From a virus: DNA of 43,089 nucleotides. The stretch is from the UHGV virus genome UHGV-0203456, one strand, 5' to 3'. The position numbers and the translations under genes were made by a program. Each line of letters starts with the position of its first letter. The first letter of the stretch is position 1. Under the pieces are notes generated by a model. The model ran no database searches. It was not told the origin of the DNA and worked only from the letters and a program-made list of their open reading frames with translations. Of this stretch, positions 37,637 through 43,089 are shown piece after piece.

Positions 37637-38601
37637 TTTCCCTCCATGAATTCTTTTATTTGTCTATCAAGTTCCGCTTGCTCTTCTGGCGATAACTTTT
37701 CTTCTTGCTGGTTATTTGATTCTTTTGCCCATTCTGGTAAATTTTCAGTCCTAACATTTTGACGTTGGTAAGTCGTTCGTTGTTGGCCACGTTCTTTTTC
37801 ATTCTTGATTTCAAATTTTAGTTTTTCAAACTGCGTTCTTAGCTTAGAAGCACTTCTAATGTTTCCAAACCAGAATGAATTTGTCGGTAACCAATCAAGA
37901 ACATAGTCAATTGCTGCAATAGTTTGTTGATCTCGTTCTTCGATTAACCTGAACGTATCAGCCCACTTTTCAATATTGGCTCTTTTCATTTCACTTGGAA
38001 AATCATTGATTAAATTATTTTTTAACTTTTCAGCAAGGCGTAAATGTTCGTTAGAATATTTACGAGAAGGTTTTGAATCTTCTTTTTCTATCTCTAACTC
38101 TTTCTCTAACTCTATCTCTATCTCTGGTGTAGATTTGTCCGGACATTTGTTACCCTTTTTTTGGACACTTGTCCGGACGTTTGTAGTTACATTTGTCACA
38201 TCATTAAGCAACAGACTGTCTTTTTCTTTCTTGATTTGTTGTCTATAATCCCTTTTTCTATCTGCTTCTGTTGAAGATTTTCCAATAAAATTTTGGATAT
38301 CTAACATATAAATTGCTCCATTATCTAAAACCTCAATGAGCTCTAAATCTCTAAAAACCTGTATTGCTTTTTCGACATCTCCAACGCTATGCCTCGTCAC
38401 TTGTGATAGCATTGTTGAGTTGAATGGTATCCTTTCGTTAAACATTAGGCGCCCTTCATATTTCAAACTTCTTAAATAAAGTTTTAATAAGATATTGGAA
38501 TAGATATAACCATCGGGCATACTTTCTAGCACAATCATTTCATCACTATCGAAAAAATTATCTTTGAGTTTGAGATAGTAATATTTTTTATTGTCTGCCA
38601 T
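37633..38601 (-). CDS. phage replisome organizer / replication initiation protein
   Basis: N-terminal Phage_rep_org_N-like region (YYYLKLKDNFFDSDEM...). Internal iteron array in the DNA. Acidic EIE repeats in the middle. Confidence 0.7.
   Translation of the reverse strand: MADNKKYYYLKLKDNFFDSDEMIVLESMPDGYIYSNILLKLYLRSLKYEGRLMFNERIPFNSTMLSQVTRHSVGDVEKAIQVFRDLELIEVLDNGAIYMLDIQNFIGKSSTEADRKRDYRQQIKKEKDSLLLNDVTNVTTNVRTSVQKKGNKCPDKSTPEIEIELEKELEIEKEDSKPSRKYSNEHLRLAEKLKNNLINDFPSEMKRANIEKWADTFRLIEERDQQTIAAIDYVLDWLPTNSFWFGNIRSASKLRTQFEKLKFEIKNEKERGQQRTTYQRQNVRTENLPEWAKESNNQQEEKLSPEEQAELDRQIKEFMEGK
38085..38205. repeat. origin-like iteron array inside the replisome organizer gene
   Basis: Direct repeats TTGTCCGGACATTTGT at 38135-38150 and TTGTCCGGACGTTTGT at 38169-38184, a partial ACATTTGTCACA at 38190-38201, and upstream TCTCTAACTC/TCTCTATCTC repeats at 38089-38125. 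Confidence 0.5.
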
Positions 38602-38603
38602 GT

Positions 38604-39284
38604 TTATCCTCCAATGTGTAATTTCTTGATGGTATCTTGATTTAATTTAATTCCTTTAACATGATATTTTTTCTTAAATGCTGTAATACCAATGTTATGT
38701 TTTTCAGTGTGATGGCATCGGCACAAACCAGCATAAGTGTATTCTGTATGGTCAACGCTTTTTCTTTTGCGCCGACCTAGCGCTTTATCGAAATGGTCAA
38801 TATCTGCACCAGTTTTGCCACAAATGCAACAAACTCGGTTAGTTATACATTTGTAAAAGTAATATTCTTGATTTGCTGGTAAAATGTCGTACCCTTTTTT
38901 GAAAGGAATATTATTTTCAAAGATGAAATTCAAGATAATGTTCGCTAAAATGGTTGCATCGTCCATTGTGTTCATTGAGTCGTTTCTGAGGCTAATTTCA
39001 TAGCCTTGTAACGCTTCAAATCTGAGATAGAACATTTCCTTTAACACTTCTGTTTCTTGCCCTGTGAAAGAGAATATGTCTTCTAGCATTGCAAAGATAA
39101 ATCGACGTTGGGCAACACTAAATTTTCTCGGATCAATAAATCTTATTTCAACTTCTCTTGGCCCTGTATAATCAAAATACATGGTTTTTAATCGTTCAAT
39201 ATTTATTGCTTCGTTTATTACTGCTGTTATTGAGTTGTCTTTCAAACTCTTAATAACAGCAGAATAAACATTGTTTAGGTTCAT
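38604..39284 (-). CDS. Cys/His-rich HNH-like putative nuclease (DUF968-like)
   Basis: C-terminal CCICGKTGADIDHFD...CRCHHTEKH. Confidence 0.5.
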   Translation of the reverse strand: MNLNNVYSAVIKSLKDNSITAVINEAINIERLKTMYFDYTGPREVEIRFIDPRKFSVAQRRFIFAMLEDIFSFTGQETEVLKEMFYLRFEALQGYEISLRNDSMNTMDDATILANIILNFIFENNIPFKKGYDILPANQEYYFYKCITNRVCCICGKTGADIDHFDKALGRRKRKSVDHTEYTYAGLCRCHHTEKHNIGITAFKKKYHVKGIKLNQDTIKKLHIGG

Positions 39285-40204
39285 TCAATCACTTCCACTT
39301 GAATCCCGTTATTAATAATAAAATTGTTTAGAGCAACTAACTTTTGATGTTCTGCTGTTAGTCTTAACGTAACTGTTTTCTCTAGTTGTTTTTTGCTGGT
39401 TTTTGGCGCTTCTTCCGTGATGATTTCGCCTGTCGCAGTGTCAACTGTTTTATTGTTGATTGTTTCAGTTTTCAAAGCAGCAATGGCTTCGTCGTGTTCT
39501 TTTTTTGCTCTTTCACGTTCTTCTTGTTCTTTTTTTAAAGCAACGGCGGAATCAATTTCTTTTATCAGCTCTGGTGCAGTAGACCCTTTATCAATTAATG
39601 CGACCCAAGAAAACGAGTCAAGGCCAACTGCCTTAGCATAATTTTCAACAATGAGCTTATCGTTTTTTATACGTTCTTTTTCAGATGCAACTGCTACCAT
39701 CGATGCCGCTATTTCCTCAATAGTTTTCTTATTTGGTTCACCTTTAACTGTGAAAGCTGTTTTATTAGTCCACGAACTAGGAATTTCAATTTCGTCAATG
39801 GATACATTGTAGTTTTCAGACATTTCAGCAATCACTTTTTGAAGCTTTTTGCTTCGTTTCTGCTTCTCTGCTTCTTCGTATGATTTGATGCTTTCGTTAA
39901 TTTCTGAACTAACTTCACTTATTTTTTCAGTATATTTTTTTATTTTTTCCTCAAAATCTTTTAACGGCTTATCATATTGATTTTTAACTTCTTTACGTTG
40001 ATCATCTAGCAACGTTACAACTTTATTTAAGTCTGCTCTTGCTTTTTTAGCTTCAGGAATGTTTTCATCTGTGAAAATCATTGTTGAATAGTGCTTAACT
40101 GCGCTCTCAACCATCTCAGACAACTGTGCTTCATTTTGGATAGTGATTTTACTAGCTTTAAAATCAACATTAAACTGCAATTCTGTTGTTAATTCGTTTG
40201 TCAT
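39281..40204 (-). CDS. coiled-coil recombination-associated protein (DUF1351-like?)
   Basis: The start is probably MTNE at 40204, overlapping the Erf stop as TAATGA. The 5' extension in the ORF track overlaps Erf. Charged coiled coil. Confidence 0.45.
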   Translation of the reverse strand: MTNELTTELQFNVDFKASKITIQNEAQLSEMVESAVKHYSTMIFTDENIPEAKKARADLNKVVTLLDDQRKEVKNQYDKPLKDFEEKIKKYTEKISEVSSEINESIKSYEEAEKQKRSKKLQKVIAEMSENYNVSIDEIEIPSSWTNKTAFTVKGEPNKKTIEEIAASMVAVASEKERIKNDKLIVENYAKAVGLDSFSWVALIDKGSTAPELIKEIDSAVALKKEQEERERAKKEHDEAIAALKTETINNKTVDTATGEIITEEAPKTSKKQLEKTVTLRLTAEHQKLVALNNFIINNGIQVEVIE

Positions 40205-40881
40205 TAGCTTTGCCCCCATGTAATGTTTTCTTCTGGTTGTGGCTGGAATTGTTGTATCCATTGTTTCAGAACTTCAACAGCTTTATTGAACATACTAGAC
40301 GGCATGTTTTCATTGACATCAACATTCAATTCTTTACTTAGTTCATTCCGCACATAGTCAAGTTCAGAATTCGATAACTCAGAAAGTTGTCTGATATGAT
40401 CATTTAACGTGGCTAACTGTTTACCGCTAATCAAATTAACTTTCGATGTATCATTGTTCTTTTCAGCTGCCGTTTGGCCATCGTCGTCTTTATCTGCTGC
40501 AATTCCAAACGCTGCCGAAAGCGAGTAACGTCTTGCATATGTCGTTAAACTTCCTAATCCTTGAGGATTTGTCCCGCTGTTTGGAAATTCAAAAGGTCCA
40601 TGAACTATATATTGACCACTAACGTGAGTAATAATTGTTGTGACTTTTAACGCATTATTCTCATTGACGACATTTTGTTGAAAATCAATTCCGCTTTCGG
40701 ATTCTTGTGCAGCTTTTCTAATTGCTTCTTCAATCGCTTTTAGAGTTGCATATTGGAAATTCATTGGACCTTTTTTCGTTGTATAGGCAACTTCTGCATC
40801 AAATCTTGGTTGAATTAATTTGCTTTTTAGCTTATACATCCCATCAAACAATTCTTTTAAATTTTCGCTGTTCTCGTTCAT
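40204..40881 (-). CDS. erf: ERF-family single-strand annealing protein
   Basis: LGSLTTYARRYSLSAAFGIAAD motif typical of the Erf superfamily. Confidence 0.7.
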   Translation of the reverse strand: MNENSENLKELFDGMYKLKSKLIQPRFDAEVAYTTKKGPMNFQYATLKAIEEAIRKAAQESESGIDFQQNVVNENNALKVTTIITHVSGQYIVHGPFEFPNSGTNPQGLGSLTTYARRYSLSAAFGIAADKDDDGQTAAEKNNDTSKVNLISGKQLATLNDHIRQLSELSNSELDYVRNELSKELNVDVNENMPSSMFNKAVEVLKQWIQQFQPQPEENITWGQS

Positions 40882-41118
40882 TTATTCCCCTTCTTTCAGT
40901 AATGAAATAACTTTTTGAAGTCCTTCGATTAATTCAACTTGATTAAAATAAGCACTTTCATCTAAACTCTCGAATACTGTTCTAACTTCTTCATCTTCGC
41001 TATCTTGGTAAACAGCAACATGATTATTAATAGCATCCTTTTCAAAAATCAGTGATCCATAAGGTGAATGATTATCAATTAAGACAATTCTTTGCATTGA
41101 ATCCACTTCCACTCTCAT
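40882..41118 (-). CDS. hypothetical acidic protein
   Basis: 78-aa ORF. RBS AGGAGA. Confidence 0.45.
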   Translation of the reverse strand: MRVEVDSMQRIVLIDNHSPYGSLIFEKDAINNHVAVYQDSEDEEVRTVFESLDESAYFNQVELIEGLQKVISLLKEGE

Positions 41119-41149
41119 GCTATAATTCTCCTATCAATTAATTTTGTTT

Positions 41150-41184
41150 GTGACTTTTTGCTTGCCGGCGGAAGTCACTTTTTT
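41150..41184 (+). terminator. plus-strand intrinsic terminator (antisense to the early operon)
   Basis: GTGACTT-tttgcttgccggcgg-AAGTCAC followed by TTTTTTGTTT, preceded by TGcTATAAT at 41118-41126. Confidence 0.45.
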
Positions 41185-41337
41185 GTTTCTTGGATAAATA
41201 ACGCTTCTGGAAATACTGCCTTATTTATCGCAGTGTCTGGATATTTTTCTTTCAGCTTTTGAAATACCAGAGCTTTCGTGTCCTCAACCACGTAAATTTT
41301 CAAACTATCTTTACCAACCGCTTGAAACATCTAAATC
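41182..41337 (-). CDS. small ORF (about 51 aa), unannotated
   Basis: MFQAVGKDSLKIYVVEDTKALVFQKLKEKYPDTAINKAVFPEALFIQETKK. Fills an otherwise empty gap. Confidence 0.25.
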
Positions 41338-41439
41338 CCTCTTCTCTCTTTTTGTTGCGCTATATATATCTGATTTTTTTGTTGCTGGTACCATAAATCA
41401 GCAAGTTTTTTGGTTTGCTGTAGTTTGTCTTTCCTAGTC

Positions 41440-41612
41440 ATTTCTTAACCTCTCTATCTTCAAGTGCCAGATCATAAAATAGTGTCCAAATGATGAATAA
41501 GCCTATATACACATTTTGGATAATTGGATTAAAGTTTCCACCAACTAGCAAACCCAATCCGAAAACAATGAGCAATACTGCAATTCTTCTTAAGTTATAA
41601 ATTTTTCTCATA
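41440..41612 (-). CDS. small membrane protein (about 57 aa), unannotated
   Basis: MRKIYNLRRIAVLLIVFGLGLLVGG..., preceded by GGAGGTAAGTAAT. Confidence 0.3.
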
Positions 41613-41632
41613 TTACTTACCTCCTATAACGT

Positions 41633-41881
41633 CTATTTATTTCGCTTATACTTGTTTTTTTCCCGCCAAACCAAAAATTCATCAAATTTCTGAATGTGGA
41701 TAATTGGCATGCATGATGTAACGAGTCTATATCCATCTTTAAATTCTTTATGTTCCTTAAACTCTCTCAGAAGTTTTTGAAAGGTTGGTTTGTGATGCTG
41801 ATAGCCAAAATAAACAATTGCTTCATCTTTTGCCATCCAAGCTTGCTGTAAATCGATAGTCTTTGCTAGTGTGATTTGCAT
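41633..41881 (-). CDS. hypothetical early protein
   Basis: 82-aa ORF downstream of the antirepressor. Confidence 0.45.
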   Translation of the reverse strand: MQITLAKTIDLQQAWMAKDEAIVYFGYQHHKPTFQKLLREFKEHKEFKDGYRLVTSCMPIIHIQKFDEFLVWREKNKYKRNK

Positions 41882-41896
41882 GTATACATCTCCTTT

Positions 41897-42616
41897 CTAT
41901 GCTGTCTTGTCATGTAAGAACTTGTTAACAAAATATATTTGCCCTTTACCAGTAATTTTCGGCGTTCGACTAATTCGAATACTTCCATCTGGATTGTTAT
42001 GGGTTCGTTCCTTGATTTCCGCAATTCCCAAATCAAGTGACCGCTGGGTTGGCATATTGTAGCTTTCACCTTTTCGAGCAATTAGATACCCATTGTCTCG
42101 CAGCCATTGGAATAAACGATTCTGCCCAATGTCGATGCCGTTTTGCTTGATTAGCTTAGCTAGGTCACCGATTAAAATGGAAGTCTTACTTGCATCAACG
42201 GCATCTGCAAATAATGCTTTAGGTTTTAATGATTCATTTTCTAGTTGTAATACTTCTATTTTTTTCTGTTGAAATTCAAGAGCTCGTTTAGTCACCATTT
42301 CTGGGCTATTCCAAAACTTTTCTAGTTGAATAAAATATCTACGAGCTTGCTTTCCTCTTTCGGTACGTTGTAGCATTGAAATTTCCTTAGCCATGTCTAG
42401 TTTCACATAATGATTTACTTGTGGGCGACCACCAAAAGGTTTATCGGATTTTTCCGAGAAACTGATAAAATCAACGTTTTCATCAAACCCGTATTTAATC
42501 ATTCGTTTAAACCAATCAGTATAATTATCTTTAACTCCCAGAAATTCATATAACTCTCTACCGTTAACTAACTGTTCATCATTTTCATTTGTTGTAACTT
42601 TAATTAGTTCGTTCAT
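41897..42616 (-). CDS. phage antirepressor (AntA/ORF6N N-domain + KilA-C/ORF6C C-domain)
   Basis: N-terminal ...NGRELYEFLGV...DWFKRMIKYGFDENVDF; C-terminal ...KTSILIGDLAKLIKQNGIDIGQNRLFQWLRDNGYL. Confidence 0.8.
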   Translation of the reverse strand: MNELIKVTTNENDEQLVNGRELYEFLGVKDNYTDWFKRMIKYGFDENVDFISFSEKSDKPFGGRPQVNHYVKLDMAKEISMLQRTERGKQARRYFIQLEKFWNSPEMVTKRALEFQQKKIEVLQLENESLKPKALFADAVDASKTSILIGDLAKLIKQNGIDIGQNRLFQWLRDNGYLIARKGESYNMPTQRSLDLGIAEIKERTHNNPDGSIRISRTPKITGKGQIYFVNKFLHDKTA

Positions 42617-42697
42617 ATGATTTCATCCCTTCTATTCTGGTTGTCTTTCGTTCCATTAATGGAACACTTTTCCTTTTTCATTTGTATACTTCCAAAA

Positions 42698-42931
42698 CTA
42701 CCTTTGTTCACAAACGTGAACTTTCTCTTTAAAAAAATATAAATGAATAAAATTTGTTTCCAAGTCTAGCAATTTGCAAGCTTTCGTAATTTCAGTGTCT
42801 TTCCAAGAGACTTTCCCGTTCATTTTCAATGATATTGTTCTCTCCGACAATCCCATTGCGATAGCAAAATTATATTGAGTTCCAAACTTTTCAACAATTC
42901 TTCCTGCTAATTTTGAGTAATCATAGCACAT
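42698..42931 (-). CDS. Cro-like XRE-family HTH regulator
   Basis: 77 aa with an HTH (YNFAIAMGLSERTISLKMNG). RBS GGAGGAGG. Divergent from cI across the window junction. Confidence 0.75.
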   Translation of the reverse strand: MCYDYSKLAGRIVEKFGTQYNFAIAMGLSERTISLKMNGKVSWKDTEITKACKLLDLETNFIHLYFFKEKVHVCEQR

Positions 42932-42948
42932 TTACAAACACCTCCTCC

Positions 42949-43034
42949 AAGTTCATGAACATGAACTTTATAACCATATAATACATTGTTCATTTCTTAA
43001 TGTCAACGAAAAAGTTCATGATTCATGAATTTTT
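42949..43034. promoter_or_regulatory. operator sites of the cI/cro switch (palindromic TTCATGAA units)
   Basis: gTTCATGAAcATGAAc at 42950-42965, half-site GTTCAT at about 42986, TTCATGAtTCATGAA at 43014-43029, flanked by the inverted repeat TCAACGAAAAA/TTTTTCGTTGA. Confidence 0.55.
42977..43005 (-). promoter_or_regulatory. cro promoter (PR-like): -35 TTGACA, 17-nt spacer, -10 TATTAT
   Basis: On the minus strand, TTGACA is the complement of 43000-43005 and TATTAT the complement of 42977-42982. An operator lies at +1 to +20. Confidence 0.55.
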
Positions 43035-43036
43035 TC

Positions 43037-43068
43037 GTTGAAGATATATTCAATATCTTGTATACTTA
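43037..43068 (+). promoter_or_regulatory. cI promoter (PRM-like): -35 TTGAAG, 17-nt spacer, -10 TATACT, then RBS AAGGAGG at 43076-43082
   Basis: Read directly on the plus strand. The ATG served by this RBS is position 1 of the window. Confidence 0.5.
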
Positions 43069-43089
43069 AATCTATAAGGAGGTGTACCA

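Noticed and set aside
41866-42081. 71-aa ORF overlapping the antirepressor gene in another frame
   Set aside because: Entirely overlapped by the 239-aa antirepressor, which has strong domain signatures.
1-43089. CRISPR arrays or other long tandem repeats
   Set aside because: No regularly spaced direct repeats with unique spacers anywhere. The only tandem DNA repeats are intragenic (the His-repeat in Tal, the origin iterons) or operator sites.

Overview
The whole 43.1-kb window reads as one temperate siphovirus genome from a low-GC Gram-positive host, Lactobacillales/Enterococcus-like in codon usage and gene content, and it appears to be circularly permuted. Position 1 is the ATG of a cI-like repressor. 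Its promoter (TTGAAG-17-TATACT) and ribosome-binding site (AAGGAGG) sit at the extreme 3' end of the window, back-to-back with the cro promoter and TTCATGAA operators, so the two ends of the window join.

The plus strand carries the lysogeny module: cI, an ImmA-like peptidase, an Ltp-like lipoprotein, a small basic protein, a tyrosine integrase, and an attP-like repeat region at about 3.46-3.72 kb. Next comes a cargo island with a lipoprotein and a 500-aa polytopic membrane protein.

Everything else is on the minus strand, running from high to low coordinates:
- cro and an antirepressor;
- a recombination and replication module (Erf, HNH-like protein, replisome organizer with internal origin iterons, MazG, two orphan methyltransferase-like genes, YopX);
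- an ArpU-type late regulator;
- a roughly 600-nt GC-enriched ORF-free region next to a phage tRNA, the most unusual feature, which I flag as a candidate large structured ncRNA (ROOL/GOLLD-class);
- an insulated accessory gene;
- terminase small and large subunits, portal, head morphogenesis protein, scaffold, major capsid protein and head-tail connectors;
- major tail protein, G/T chaperones with a lambda-identical GGGAAAG slippery site, tape measure protein, distal tail protein, and a Tal-like tail tip protein with a C-terminal HxH metal-ladder repeat;
- tail fibre, XhlA, holin, and a signal-peptide GH25-LysM endolysin;
- an IS3-family insertion and a second peptidoglycan hydrolase with M23 and glucosaminidase domains.

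Several plus-strand intrinsic terminators, and extended -10 elements antisense to the minus-strand genes, suggest small antisense RNAs.
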